A DNA stretch of 64,000 nucleotides from Chitinophagales bacterium (GCA_037624485.1 JASJJC010000023.1:64216-128215), one strand, 5' to 3'. Positions 1 through 10,757 are shown, counted from the stretch's first letter. Numbers and translations are program-made. The notes: a model not told the origin generated them from the letters alone.

Positions 1-1
1 T

Positions 2-238
2 ATGGAAGAACTTTTTGAAGAAGAGGAGTTTATTATGATTTATGGAGAATTTTCAGAGTTTGGAAATATCCAAAGAGGACTAGAGCACATGGGGATTCCA
101 GTGGTAGAATCAGCTTATGAAAGATTGCCACTAAATACGGTTGATTTAAATGAAGAACAGCAAGCAGAAGTTGAGAAGTTACTAGAGCGCATGGAGGAAG
201 ATGATGATGTGCTTAACGTCTACCATACTATGGCGTGA
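2..238 (+). CDS. YebC/PmpR-family regulator, C-terminal fragment (5' end outside window)
   Basis: The ORF is open from the window edge. The acidic tail ...LERMEEDDDVLNVYHTMA resembles YebC/TACO1-family C-termini. Confidence 0.6.
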   Translation: MEELFEEEEFIMIYGEFSEFGNIQRGLEHMGIPVVESAYERLPLNTVDLNEEQQAEVEKLLERMEEDDDVLNVYHTMA

Positions 239-299
239 TATCAAACTTATAGCATCCCTTCCTGCTTATGGAAAAAGATGGCATCTTCTAAAAGTGATT

Positions 300-1766
300 T
301 TAAAACCATTTTAAGGTCATATCAACCACAAATTTGCTGAATTTATTATACGGGGGATGCAAGAGCTGGGACATGCCATATTTAAAATGCTGCCTCATTA
401 CGGAACGCTCATTGCTAAAGTCTACAAATCCCCATTTACCATGACTTTTACCTATTCCTGAGTTATTTACTCCGCCAAAAGGTAGGTTTGGCTGGGAAAT
501 ATGAAGTAGTGTTTCATTGATACATGTACCGCCGGCAGAACTATTATCTATGATGTACTTAATATTCTTTTCTTTTTTACTAAAGATATACAAGGCCAAT
601 GGTCGCTCCTTGCTGTTTACAATATTCATTGCCTCTTCCAGATTTGAAAATGTAATAACAGGCATAATTGGACCAAAAATTTCTTCTTGCATGACGTTGG
701 AATCACTGGAAATATTACTTAATATGGTTGGGTCGATAAAATTATCAGCATCGTTAAATTGACCACCTATTTCTACTTTCGCGCCTTTATTTACGGCATC
801 TTCAGCTAATGATTTAACGCGAGCATAATGTTTGGCATTGACCATTCTACCCAAATTTTTGCTTTCTAATCGTGCTTTCATATCTGCTCCATACTTTTTT
901 TCAACTTCAACTTTCATTGCTTTGATCAATTCATTCTTTTTACTTTCATGAACCAAAACATAATCAGGAGCAATGCAGATTTGACCTTCATTAAGAAACT
1001 TACCCCAAACTATTTTGGTTGCGGCCTCCTTGATATTGGCTGTTTGATCTACAATTGTTGGACTTTTCCCGCCCAATTCTAATGTGCAGCTTGTTAAATT
1101 TTTGCTCGCAGCCTGCATTACAAGCTTGCCTACCATAGGACTTCCGGTAAAGTGTATGTGGTTAAACTTTAATTCAAGCAATTCACTAGAAACTGAATGG
1201 TCACCTTGAATGACAGCGATTTCATCTTCTTCAAAAAGCTCCTCAAGCAACTCTTGTACTAAATGAGAAGTATGAGGTGTAAATTCGGAAGGTTTAAGAA
1301 TAGCTGCATTTCCTGCAGCTATAGCATAAATAAGTGGTGAAATAGCTAAGTAGAATGGGTAATTCCATGGGGTAATTACCAAACAATTTCCTTTAGGCTC
1401 AAAGTGAATATATGCGGAAGAGCCAATAAGAGTTATGGGAATATCTACTTCTTCATTTGACATCCAATCCTGAAAATTAGAAATGGTATTGTTTAGCTCA
1501 GAAATAGTCGGGTAAATCTCTGAAATATCCGATTCGATGCCTGGTTTTTTAAAATCAGCATACAAAGCCTCTTGTATTTTTTCACGATAATCAAAAATCT
1601 TTTTCCTTAGTGCTTTAAGTTTTCGTTTACGTTGTTTGCCCGTTGTGTTTTTTAAGGCCTGTAAATTAGCTTTTTGCTTAGCAAATACATCTTGGATTCG
1701 TTGAGTAGTATCATTTTCTGTTTTAGGAATACTTGCTTTTGTGGGTTCTGAAATGTTTTTTGTCAT
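300..1766 (-). CDS. Aldehyde dehydrogenase (class-3-like, NAD(P)+)
   Basis: 488 aa. It has the LELGGKSP glutamate motif and the EGQICIAPDY catalytic-Cys motif typical of ALDH3-type enzymes. Confidence 0.85.
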   Translation of the reverse strand: MTKNISEPTKASIPKTENDTTQRIQDVFAKQKANLQALKNTTGKQRKRKLKALRKKIFDYREKIQEALYADFKKPGIESDISEIYPTISELNNTISNFQDWMSNEEVDIPITLIGSSAYIHFEPKGNCLVITPWNYPFYLAISPLIYAIAAGNAAILKPSEFTPHTSHLVQELLEELFEEDEIAVIQGDHSVSSELLELKFNHIHFTGSPMVGKLVMQAASKNLTSCTLELGGKSPTIVDQTANIKEAATKIVWGKFLNEGQICIAPDYVLVHESKKNELIKAMKVEVEKKYGADMKARLESKNLGRMVNAKHYARVKSLAEDAVNKGAKVEIGGQFNDADNFIDPTILSNISSDSNVMQEEIFGPIMPVITFSNLEEAMNIVNSKERPLALYIFSKKEKNIKYIIDNSSAGGTCINETLLHISQPNLPFGGVNNSGIGKSHGKWGFVDFSNERSVMRQHFKYGMSQLLHPPYNKFSKFVVDMTLKWF

Positions 1767-1848
1767 GTTTTATGGTATTTACCGTTTTAAAGATAGCACA
1801 AAATATTCAGATTTAACTTGGGGGGAAACAAGGTTAAAATGCCTAAAC

Positions 1849-2844
1849 TTATTTTTTTGCAGCCGCAGAATCCTCTTCAATTGGCCAAATCAATGAAGCA
1901 ATTACCGAGAGGATCAATACACTAGCTACAATAGCCAAAGATGCAGGAGAGGAGATGTGGAAGAATGGATTGATTAACATTTTTACACCGATAAAACTCA
2001 GAATAATTGCTAGTCCATAATTCAATCTACTAAACATATGAATGAAGTTTGCCAGCAAGAAATATAAACTTCTTAAACCTAGAATAGCAAATATATTGGA
2101 GGTATATAAAATCAGCGGGTCATCTGAAATGGCAAAAATTGCAGGAATAGAGTCCACTGCAAATAACAAGTCTGAGAATTCAATAACACCCACAACAACC
2201 AACAATGGAGTGGCTACCTTAACTCCGTTTTCAATCGTAAAGAATTTGTCTCCATCAAATCCCTTACTAACCTTAAATAATCTATAAACAAATCTGGCTC
2301 CAGCACTTTTGCTAAAATCTTCATGCTCATCTTCTTCATCTTTTATAAACCATGATTGAATACCCGCGTAGACCAGGAAAGCTCCAAACAAAGTAAGTAA
2401 GGCATTAATTTGCCTTGGTTCTCCCAAAATAACGATGTTTGGTAAATACGTCAATTTGATTAGACCCACCCCTGAAAAGATAAAGATTGCGCGCATGGCC
2501 AATGCCCCTAAAATGCCCCAAAAAAGCACCTTGTGTTGGTATTTTTTCGGAACCTTAAAGAAACCAAAGACTAGAATAAAGACAAACAGATTATCTATAG
2601 AAAGGGCTTTTTCTATCCAGTATGCGGATTGAAATTGAGTGAAAGAATCGAATCCTTGAGTGAAAAAAATAAAACCACTGAAGAGCATGGATAAACTAAT
2701 CCAAGCTATTGTCCAATAAACAGCCTCTTTGTTGCTAATTGCATGACTTTGCCTATTAAAGACACCAAGATCTAGCAGCAACATAATGATAATTACTACT
2801 GCGAATAGGATAACACTTAAAGGGTGGCTTAAAAAGCTTTCCAT
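1849..2844 (-). CDS. TerC/Alx-family integral membrane protein
   Basis: 331 aa and polytopic. It carries the duplicated TerC signature (LSIDNLFVF and AVDSIPAIFAI). Confidence 0.75.
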   Translation of the reverse strand: MESFLSHPLSVILFAVVIIIMLLLDLGVFNRQSHAISNKEAVYWTIAWISLSMLFSGFIFFTQGFDSFTQFQSAYWIEKALSIDNLFVFILVFGFFKVPKKYQHKVLFWGILGALAMRAIFIFSGVGLIKLTYLPNIVILGEPRQINALLTLFGAFLVYAGIQSWFIKDEEDEHEDFSKSAGARFVYRLFKVSKGFDGDKFFTIENGVKVATPLLVVVGVIEFSDLLFAVDSIPAIFAISDDPLILYTSNIFAILGLRSLYFLLANFIHMFSRLNYGLAIILSFIGVKMLINPFFHISSPASLAIVASVLILSVIASLIWPIEEDSAAAKK

Positions 2845-2917
2845 TTAGAAGGAAGAGTTAATTTACTCCAAATATACATGCTGTAGATTGATTTCTCGAA
2901 TAGACAAGAATGCAATT

Positions 2918-5317
2918 CTATTTTTTATGAATTTCGTATCCTAAGGATATATAAAGCGTCCTCCTATCTGCGGGAATTATTCCTGGTCCAGGATATCCAG
3001 CTGCTCTTCTTGTGAAATAGCTTGTATTCATCATATTATTTGCACTTCCTTTAAAAGTCCATTTTTTAATTTTATAAGCTACTGTCAAATCGATAACCTG
3101 ATAACTGGGTATAATTCCATTTACTGCATCTCCTGATTGTTCCGAATTTGTAGCATCGGTATATTGCTTACCAACATAAGAGTATTGGATAGATAGATTT
3201 AGCGTCCTCCATGAGAAAACCAAACTGGTTTTAAGAATTATATTAGGAACAAGTTCTACTTTATTTTTTCTAAAAGCACTTTCTTGAGAACCTAAATATC
3301 GCCCGTCAATATATGAAAAGTTTAAGAGTGACTTGAGACTATAGTCCTTAGAAATATCTTTTTTTAAGCGTAAAAAATCAAATTCTAGAACACTTTCCAA
3401 ACCCATATTTCTAGAATCCGATATATTAGTTCTGTAACGATAAACATTGAAGAGTATGGAGTCATATTCCAAAGTAAAACCTATGCGATTGTTGTAATAA
3501 AGATAGAATAGACTAAAATCGTAAGCCAAAATATCGCCTACGGTCCCCCTAAATCCTAGGTCTGCATTAAAACCTTTTTCGTCTTGCAAGTTTGGATCAA
3601 CCTTAAAATTCGGATTTACAATTCTTAGATCATTGAAGTTTACCGCGCGATAATTTTGAGAAATACTTGTATATATTTCATGTTCAGGACGGGGTCTAAA
3701 ACTCGACCCTATTCCACTGATAACAAATGTCCGTTGTTTACTTATATTTTCATTAAAGCTCGTGTCTATTAAAATATTTCCAGACAAATCCCTAGTTATT
3801 TCTCGATAATAGCCTGTTGCATTGGTGGAAATATTTTCTAGCCTTATACCAGGGGTTAGGCTCCATTTGCCAAAGTGAAAAATGTTTTCAGCAAATAATG
3901 CAATGTTCCTACTTGGAAAAACATAATCTGAGTTCTCCAGGTATTCTGGATTTAAGTATTCAAAATCGGGTCTTACTCCATCATCACCTAATCCTTGTTT
4001 TTTATTCGTATTTCCTTTATAAAAACGACAGCCAACCAATAAAGAATTTAAATTTCCCCAAAGATTATATTTAAACATTAACCTTGTTTCATTCCCAATA
4101 TTTTTATAAAGGTCGACTAATAAATCTCGATTAGTTTGGGGGTCAACTCTTGTAATATTCCCTAAAAATCCAAGTGCATCTCTGCGGGCAATTAAGCCAA
4201 AGGTGATGGATTGCATCTTTAAACGACTTGAAAATTTATGATTTATTTCAATTTGGGGTAAATGCCATCCAATTCTAAAAAAATTTCGATTACGAATCGA
4301 TTGTTTATCGTTTTCTTCAAATAGTTTATCTGTCAATCCTCCCGGCTGCTGGGCTAGGTAGTTCTGGTAGGTGTATTCTGCACTTATTTGGGTTTTTTCT
4401 GATGGATTATAGGTGAATTTTGAAAATGAAAAGATACCATAGAATGCGGAGTTATCTCTCCATCCATTGCCTCGTTTAAACTGTGAAATATTGATGTAAG
4501 TAATTTTCTTATGCGTGCCATCTAATTGTAAATGCGTATTGCTAAACCCATAACTTCCATTTGTTTGCTTAATCTTCATGCGAATAGGAGTGAAGACGCT
4601 GGCCTCTTGCATTTCATAGTTTACTATTCCACCAAATTGAGTGCCATATTGAAGTGAAGAAGCTCCACGGGTTATTTCAATTTGTTGGACAGCATCTGCA
4701 GGAGGAACGTAATACGCATCGGGATAACCTAGCGCATCTGCACTAATATCATATCCGTTTTGCCGCACATTGAAATTTGAACTTCTTTCAGGGCTTAAAC
4801 CACGCCCGCCAATCTCCGTACTTAAGCCAGATCCAACGCTTTCCCAAATATTAATACCCGCAACCTTTGCAAAAATTTGCCTATTGTTATTTGCAGCTAA
4901 ATTTACCGTTAGATTATCCAAAATAATTTTTTCAGATTTTTTGGACTCATAAACACTCATGCCTTCAACACCTCTCATTTTGAGTGAGTTAATCGTTTGC
5001 TTTGCATTTACTTCTACTGTATTTATTTCTCCTTTGAGCGGTAGTAAAGTAAATATTTTTCGAGTTTGTTTGTCAAATTCGATTTCAATTACTTGACTTT
5101 TATAAGATGTTTTAAAAATGGAGAGAATAAGCTTATTACCCATATATTTCGGCAATATGACTTCGCCTTGCTTATTTGTTAGAAGTTCTCTTGCATTGGC
5201 ATGTTCAAATACAATTACATCTTTGATAGGAGATTTATTCTGATCTACAATTTCGAGGATATTCTGAGATTTGACACAACCCGCTAATGACAATATAACT
5301 AAGAGTAATACTCTCAT
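2918..5317 (-). CDS. TonB-dependent receptor with N-terminal carboxypeptidase-regulatory-like domain
   Basis: 799 aa. It has a signal peptide, then a short beta-sandwich-like segment, plug-like and long beta-barrel-like sequence rich in alternating aromatic and Gly residues. It overlaps the upstream HTTM gene by 4 nt. Confidence 0.8.
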   Translation of the reverse strand: MRVLLLVILSLAGCVKSQNILEIVDQNKSPIKDVIVFEHANARELLTNKQGEVILPKYMGNKLILSIFKTSYKSQVIEIEFDKQTRKIFTLLPLKGEINTVEVNAKQTINSLKMRGVEGMSVYESKKSEKIILDNLTVNLAANNNRQIFAKVAGINIWESVGSGLSTEIGGRGLSPERSSNFNVRQNGYDISADALGYPDAYYVPPADAVQQIEITRGASSLQYGTQFGGIVNYEMQEASVFTPIRMKIKQTNGSYGFSNTHLQLDGTHKKITYINISQFKRGNGWRDNSAFYGIFSFSKFTYNPSEKTQISAEYTYQNYLAQQPGGLTDKLFEENDKQSIRNRNFFRIGWHLPQIEINHKFSSRLKMQSITFGLIARRDALGFLGNITRVDPQTNRDLLVDLYKNIGNETRLMFKYNLWGNLNSLLVGCRFYKGNTNKKQGLGDDGVRPDFEYLNPEYLENSDYVFPSRNIALFAENIFHFGKWSLTPGIRLENISTNATGYYREITRDLSGNILIDTSFNENISKQRTFVISGIGSSFRPRPEHEIYTSISQNYRAVNFNDLRIVNPNFKVDPNLQDEKGFNADLGFRGTVGDILAYDFSLFYLYYNNRIGFTLEYDSILFNVYRYRTNISDSRNMGLESVLEFDFLRLKKDISKDYSLKSLLNFSYIDGRYLGSQESAFRKNKVELVPNIILKTSLVFSWRTLNLSIQYSYVGKQYTDATNSEQSGDAVNGIIPSYQVIDLTVAYKIKKWTFKGSANNMMNTSYFTRRAAGYPGPGIIPADRRTLYISLGYEIHKK

Positions 5318-6657
5318 GGATAATTGATTATAAATTTTTTCGAGGCAAATGTATCTCTTTCTTTACTTAAATCAATTGTGTTGTCTATAAATCGTTTGGA
5401 TCCATCACCGTTTAAGCTTACAAACACATCAGCATAGACTTCAGGCTTAACAAATCCTTTTTTTGTGTAGGCATTGGATAACATTCTTGCATACTGAACA
5501 ATAAAATCAGCTTGAGTACTCATCATTTTTTCTTGAAATGGAGTCAGAAATTCCTTATTGTCTACAATTTCAAGTTTGCCTGAAGAATCTTGAACTGTAA
5601 AAGACGCATGGCCTGCTTTTTCCATCAGCATTACTCTCCAAGAGAAGCGATAACCTTGTTCTGTCCAAAATAGATTTTCAGTATACAGCAAATATCTAAA
5701 TGGAAAAGTTAACTGTAGAATCACATAGCTGAGTATTAAGAGGTTTGTTCTTAATTTTATTTTTCTTTGCAGAGTTGGTTTTACTTCTTGGTTTCTGCCC
5801 ATAATTCGTTCATAAATTCTAGCGTGAGATCGAGTAGAAAAGAAAATTAAATTACTAAAAATCATTACAAATGGGAACATCCCAATGGGGAATAGCCAAA
5901 ATGTAAGCAGGTGAAAAATGACTACCGCTAAATATGCAAATATTCGGGTTCGTTTATAAATTAGGAAAAAGAAAATACTCAAGTCAAATATTATCCCTGT
6001 CCAAGAAAACAAATAGGCTGTTGAACTGTAGGTCATTAATTCTCCAATGACTGGAAGGTGCATATTGGCAGGAAGCCATATTTTAAGTGGTAATGCTTCA
6101 AAAATCCAAGAGCTATTTAGCTTTGCAATACCAGCATAAACATATAAAACACCCACCTGAAACTTAATAATATTTATCTGCCAAGCATGAATATATTTTT
6201 GCTTATTCTTGAAGAGCAAATTATCTATTGCGAAATATTTATTTGCAGGTAAAAAAATAAGACAAAATGAAATCAGTGATATAAAGTAATAATGGTTGAG
6301 GTAATTAGAGGCATCGATTAACTCGGTATAGGTAAAAAGAATAAAGAACAATAAGGTGCATATCCTGTAAAATAGGCCAAGGCCAATTCCTATGCATGCT
6401 AAGATCATGCTAATGAAAACAACATAAATGCCCTCTTCGGTTGGTGCAGGCACCCAGTGAAAACCAAAATACTTGAAGTGAAAAACCGGATTAAGATATA
6501 GTTGTTCTATCCACCCGTTTGCATAAAATCGAATGACACTAATAAGCATCAAAATACTGAATAGAATCCTAAAGCTCACTAAGGGTTCAATTCCAACCAG
6601 ATTGCTTAATATATAGTTATAGCCCTTTTTAAGCATTTGAGGATTAATCCCCGTCAT
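5314..6657 (-). CDS. HTTM domain (vitamin K-dependent gamma-carboxylase-like) membrane protein
   Basis: 447 aa and polytopic. The N-terminal LVSFRILFSILMLISVIRF...FHFKYFGFHWV pattern is characteristic of HTTM domains. It overlaps both neighbours (14 nt and 4 nt). Confidence 0.7.
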   Translation of the reverse strand: MTGINPQMLKKGYNYILSNLVGIEPLVSFRILFSILMLISVIRFYANGWIEQLYLNPVFHFKYFGFHWVPAPTEEGIYVVFISMILACIGIGLGLFYRICTLLFFILFTYTELIDASNYLNHYYFISLISFCLIFLPANKYFAIDNLLFKNKQKYIHAWQINIIKFQVGVLYVYAGIAKLNSSWIFEALPLKIWLPANMHLPVIGELMTYSSTAYLFSWTGIIFDLSIFFFLIYKRTRIFAYLAVVIFHLLTFWLFPIGMFPFVMIFSNLIFFSTRSHARIYERIMGRNQEVKPTLQRKIKLRTNLLILSYVILQLTFPFRYLLYTENLFWTEQGYRFSWRVMLMEKAGHASFTVQDSSGKLEIVDNKEFLTPFQEKMMSTQADFIVQYARMLSNAYTKKGFVKPEVYADVFVSLNGDGSKRFIDNTIDLSKERDTFASKKFIINYP

Positions 6658-7735
6658 TATCTTGGTAGCTTATCAAAACACCTAAAGTACTTGGCAAGTC
6701 AATTTTGAGATAAACAATCATCTCTTGCATTGAATTAAATATAAGACTTGCCGATTCAGGATCTTGAGTAATTGAATAATCAACACTTTGATTTAATTCG
6801 TTGATATTATTTCTTATTTCCATAAACTGATCAAGTATGACCTCGTTTAATGAAGTTCCTGAATGAGTTGCGTTAGAAGCAACAAGGTAATCATCTAGGC
6901 CCAGACCATCAATACCGTTTATTGATGTTCCGGTATAGAGATCTTCCAGTTTATCTATACTTTCTTTCAGTAAAATTATCGAATATCCACTGAAGAAGGC
7001 TTCGGTTTTATTCAACTGAGGATTTCCAAGACTTCTTATACCGAGTGGAATACCAACTTTACCATCTCTAATAAACCTTTCAAAATCTAAATTTAACTCA
7101 TTGACCAACATACCAAGAGAACTTCCTAAGTCAATGCCATTTGCATTTACAAATACTGATCGATATTGATTGGACCAATCAGACGAAACAATATTTGACT
7201 TAGTATTTAACTGCGCGCATACTTCGACTAGATAAGTTAATGCATTTAAATTATTATTGAAGTAGGAAAGGGATGCTGTTGTTTCCCCTTTGCTAAAAAG
7301 TAAAAAATCTAGAGCGGGTAAACCAATTGCTGCTTGGTTATTCACAGCTTCCAAGTTATAGTTTGAGCTTGATATATTGTCATTTATTAGTGGAGTATCT
7401 ACTGGGTAGATATTAAATACAGCTTTTAGTGTTTGAATGCCTGCAGGACCAAACTCGGTACTTGAGCATGCTTGCCAGGAGAGATAAGTTTGCTCAAAAA
7501 TTTCTTTGAGGCTTTCTAACTCACTCGCATTTGTATTGGATTGAAAACTTAGACTTGCTTGATACAAAACTTCACAGTTCAAGGCAAGTTTTTCATAGCG
7601 AGGAATGATAATATTATCTACATAATTTGTGAGCATGGCATCACGATCAAAATTAACTTGCTCAAAATTTTCTTTACCACAAGCTGAAAAAAGTGAGATG
7701 AAAAGGGATAGGAAAATAGTTCTTTTTAGATTCAT
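6644..7735 (-). CDS. Imelysin-family (peptidase M75-like) periplasmic lipoprotein
   Basis: 363 aa with a lipobox (LFSAC). It is an all-helical sequence resembling imelysin/IrpA-like proteins, and the TBDR neighbourhood fits. The call is from recognition, not a search. Confidence 0.6.
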   Translation of the reverse strand: MNLKRTIFLSLFISLFSACGKENFEQVNFDRDAMLTNYVDNIIIPRYEKLALNCEVLYQASLSFQSNTNASELESLKEIFEQTYLSWQACSSTEFGPAGIQTLKAVFNIYPVDTPLINDNISSSNYNLEAVNNQAAIGLPALDFLLFSKGETTASLSYFNNNLNALTYLVEVCAQLNTKSNIVSSDWSNQYRSVFVNANGIDLGSSLGMLVNELNLDFERFIRDGKVGIPLGIRSLGNPQLNKTEAFFSGYSIILLKESIDKLEDLYTGTSINGIDGLGLDDYLVASNATHSGTSLNEVILDQFMEIRNNINELNQSVDYSITQDPESASLIFNSMQEMIVYLKIDLPSTLGVLISYQDNDGD

Positions 7736-7770
7736 ATGAAGTGTAATGTTAAAAGTTTTAAAATTGTAAA

Positions 7771-7802
7771 GAGGAATCTGACAACTTATTGTCAGATTCC
7801 TC
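7771..7802 (-). terminator. Strong intra-operon hairpin (14-bp perfect stem, 4-nt loop)
   Basis: GAGGAATCTGACAA-CTTA-TTGTCAGATTCCTC lies between the DUF4856 and imelysin genes. Confidence 0.55.
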
Positions 7803-7829
7803 GTTCAATCATAATGAAAAATATTAATT

Positions 7830-8990
7830 TTAAAGAACGTCTTTAACGCTGTTAAGTCCATAAGCAGCGCTTATCATATCTTTTGCATCATTAATGTTTT
7901 GGTTGGTTACATTAAGAAGGCTAAAGACTGCGTTAGGTGCTCCAGTAGGCGTTTCTTTAAAGTACTCTAAAATGGTATTGATTTCAGTTGAAGACATTAG
8001 TTTATCACTGTTGTAATTAAGTGACATAATAAATGCTAAAGCTTCAGATAATTCATGATTTCGTAATGTTTCATCACTAAAGTTAGATTGGGCTTCGTTC
8101 AGATAATGAATGGCAGTTGTGGCAATAACCATTTCCCACTCAGCTCTAAGTTGACTCGCAGCTTGATCTCTCATGGTATAGTCATTATTGCTAATGCCAA
8201 ATCTTCCTTTGATAAACTCATTCATCACTTTTCCTACAGTGTTTAAACCAGCGTCTTGCCCAACGCCTGCATACTTTCCATGATACCTAACTTCGCCAGC
8301 ATCAAGTTTTGTATCAAAATTGGCAACAGTTAAATCAGTTGGTACACCAAAATAACCAAATGCTTCATCCCAATGATGCTCCATGTCTGTGCCTTCATTC
8401 GGAGTAATGGTTACATTATCTACAGCATCTCCAATTTTACCTTCTCGTGTATATGATTCTGCTGCTTGATAATAGAATACTGCTCCCATTAGGCCTTTTT
8501 CGATGATTTGAGTATACTCTATTCCATAAGCATCAAAAAAGTATGATTTGCTACCATTAGTAGAAACACCTGCATTACCGGGCGCCCAAGCACCTGAAGC
8601 CGTTTGTGTTATCCCACCGTAGTAGTTCATTAAATATTCGTAAGTGTCAGCGTCATAAATTCCTCCAGTTCCATCGCTGAAACATTTGCTTTTAAGCTGC
8701 TTGGATGATGCATTCAGATTAGCAGCCGAAAATGGACTATTGCTATTACTGAACATATTAATAAGTTTTGTGCCATCGACTGTTCCACCTGAATTGGCTG
8801 ATTTCATTTCAGTAGTCATTTCACCCATCATATCAAGTCGATCAGTTTGACCACCAAAACTCACATTTTCGAAGTTATATGTTGATGGTAATTCTGGATC
8901 AATTGGTGCTGGTAAATTTTCTTTTTCACATGAAGAAAAAGAGATTACTGCTGCTAGCAGTAGTAGAGAGAAAAAATTGTTTGATTTCAC
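7830..8990 (-). CDS. DUF4856-family lipoprotein
   Basis: 386 aa with a lipobox (SFSSC). It has DUF4856-like segments (YNFENVSFGGQTDRLDMMGEM, GLMGAVFYYQA). It is the first gene of the imelysin/HTTM/TBDR operon. Confidence 0.6.
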   Translation of the reverse strand: MKSNNFFSLLLLAAVISFSSCEKENLPAPIDPELPSTYNFENVSFGGQTDRLDMMGEMTTEMKSANSGGTVDGTKLINMFSNSNSPFSAANLNASSKQLKSKCFSDGTGGIYDADTYEYLMNYYGGITQTASGAWAPGNAGVSTNGSKSYFFDAYGIEYTQIIEKGLMGAVFYYQAAESYTREGKIGDAVDNVTITPNEGTDMEHHWDEAFGYFGVPTDLTVANFDTKLDAGEVRYHGKYAGVGQDAGLNTVGKVMNEFIKGRFGISNNDYTMRDQAASQLRAEWEMVIATTAIHYLNEAQSNFSDETLRNHELSEALAFIMSLNYNSDKLMSSTEINTILEYFKETPTGAPNAVFSLLNVTNQNINDAKDMISAAYGLNSVKDVL

Positions 8991-9183
8991 GGTTATCTTT
9001 TTAATTATTTTTTTAATGTTTTTTTAATTGACAATGCAAACTTAACAATAATTAGACTAATTCTAAATAAGAAGTTAATTTTATTTTAAGATCTATTGAT
9101 TTTTACATTATTTTGACAATTCTATTATGCTTAGTATTTTTCAATCGATTGCCGACTTTTTACAATTTTATAAAATGGTTTAC

Positions 9184-9191
9184 TATTTTTG
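9184..9191 (+). promoter_or_regulatory. Bacteroidota -7 box (TATTTTTG)
   Basis: Matches TAnnTTTG and ends 21 nt upstream of the ATG at 9213. Confidence 0.45.
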
Positions 9192-9212
9192 TTCTTCTAC
9201 AAATAATTAAAT

Positions 9213-10757
9213 ATGCAAGATAAGTTTGATTTGCTCCATAATAAAAGAAAGCAAGCCCTTCTAGGGGGAGGTGAAGAACGAATTGCTAAACAGCATAAGC
9301 AAGGAAAATTAACAGCACGCGAGCGTATTCATTTTTTGCTTGACCAAGGTAGTTTTGAAGAAATTGGCATGCTTGTTACCCATCGAGCTACTGATTTCGG
9401 CTTGGATAAACAAAAATTTTATGGAGATGGTGTCGTCACTGGGTATGGTACTATTCATGGTCGACTAGTCTACGTTTTTTCTCAAGATTTCACGGTTTTT
9501 GGAGGATCTTTGAGTGAGACACATGCAGAGAAGATTTGTAAATTAATGGATTTAGCCATGGAGAATGGAGCTCCAATCATAGGATTGAATGACAGTGGCG
9601 GCGCTAGAATTCAAGAAGGGGTTGTTTCTTTAGGAGGATATGCGGATATTTTTTATCGAAATACCATAGCTTCTGGGGTAATACCTCAAATTTCAGCAAT
9701 AATGGGGCCATGCGCAGGTGGGGCTGTTTACTCGCCAGCTATCACAGATTTTATTATGATGGTAGAGAACACATCATATATGTTTGTAACAGGGCCTAAC
9801 GTAGTGAAAACCGTAACCCATGAAGAAGTAAGCAGTGAAGATTTGGGAGGTGCTTCGGCACATAGCACCAAATCAGGAGTAACTCATTTTTCATGCGCTA
9901 ATGAAATGGAGTGTATAGAATACATAAAAACTTTATTGAAGTACGTGCCTCAAAATTGTGAGGAAGATGCTCCGGTATATCCTTATGAAGTGAAAGATGA
10001 TGAGAGCCGTCCGAAATTGAATAGCTTAATTCCCGAAAATGCCCAGCAGCCCTATGATATGCGAGAGGTAATTGCAGAGTTAACGGATGAAAATAGCTTT
10101 TTTGAAGTCCATAAAAGTTACGCAGAAAATATCGTTGTAGGATTCGCTTTGATAGCAGGTCGAAGTGTTGGAATAGTAGCCAACCAACCTGCAGTTTTAG
10201 CTGGAGTTTTGGATATTGAATCCAGTAAAAAAGGTGCAAGATTTGTTCGATTTTGCGATAGCTTTAACATTCCTTTATTAACCTTAGTAGATGTGCCTGG
10301 ATTTCTACCAGGAACGGATCAGGAATGGCATGGTATTATAACTAACGGAGCGAAACTCTTATATGCTTTTGCAGAAGCAACTGTTCCTAAAATAACCGTG
10401 ATAACACGAAAAGCATACGGCGGAGCGTATGATGTAATGAGCAGCAAGCATATTGGTGCCGATTTAAATTTTGCTTGGCCAAAGGCCGAAATCGCGGTGA
10501 TGGGTGCTAAAGGAGCCTCTGAAATTATTTTCAGAAAAGAGATTTCGTCAGCTGAGGATAAGGAAGCTAAACTTCAAGAAAAAACGGATGAGTACACGGA
10601 AAAATTTGCTAATCCATATCGGGCCGCAGCAAGAGGTTTTATTGATGAAGTGATTGAACCTGATACAACCAGAACGAAATTGATAAAAGGATTTAAAATG
10701 CTGGAAAACAAGGTTAAAAATTTACCGCGTAAGAAGCACGGGAATATTCCTTTATAG
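9213..10757 (+). CDS. Acyl-CoA carboxylase carboxyltransferase (beta) subunit (propionyl-CoA carboxylase beta / methylmalonyl-CoA carboxyltransferase type)
   Basis: 514 aa with full-length similarity pattern to PccB/12S proteins ([31 protein letters not shown]). Confidence 0.9.
   Translation: MQDKFDLLHNKRKQALLGGGEERIAKQHKQGKLTARERIHFLLDQGSFEEIGMLVTHRATDFGLDKQKFYGDGVVTGYGTIHGRLVYVFSQDFTVFGGSLSETHAEKICKLMDLAMENGAPIIGLNDSGGARIQEGVVSLGGYADIFYRNTIASGVIPQISAIMGPCAGGAVYSPAITDFIMMVENTSYMFVTGPNVVKTVTHEEVSSEDLGGASAHSTKSGVTHFSCANEMECIEYIKTLLKYVPQNCEEDAPVYPYEVKDDESRPKLNSLIPENAQQPYDMREVIAELTDENSFFEVHKSYAENIVVGFALIAGRSVGIVANQPAVLAGVLDIESSKKGARFVRFCDSFNIPLLTLVDVPGFLPGTDQEWHGIITNGAKLLYAFAEATVPKITVITRKAYGGAYDVMSSKHIGADLNFAWPKAEIAVMGAKGASEIIFRKEISSAEDKEAKLQEKTDEYTEKFANPYRAAARGFIDEVIEPDTTRTKLIKGFKMLENKVKNLPRKKHGNIPL

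Noticed and set aside
2845-2917. yybP-ykoY (Mn) riboswitch upstream of the TerC-family gene
   Set aside because: Only 73 nt are available between the TBDR stop and the terC start. I could not find the conserved GGGGAGUAG core; there is only a weak GGAGTA. The region is too short and too divergent to call.
9050-9062. AATTAG-A-CTAATT palindrome upstream of the DUF4856/imelysin operon as a possible Fur-type box
   Set aside because: It is a 13-nt palindrome in a very AT-rich 220-nt spacer, so chance occurrence is likely. It does not match the classical GATAATGATAATCATTATC consensus well.
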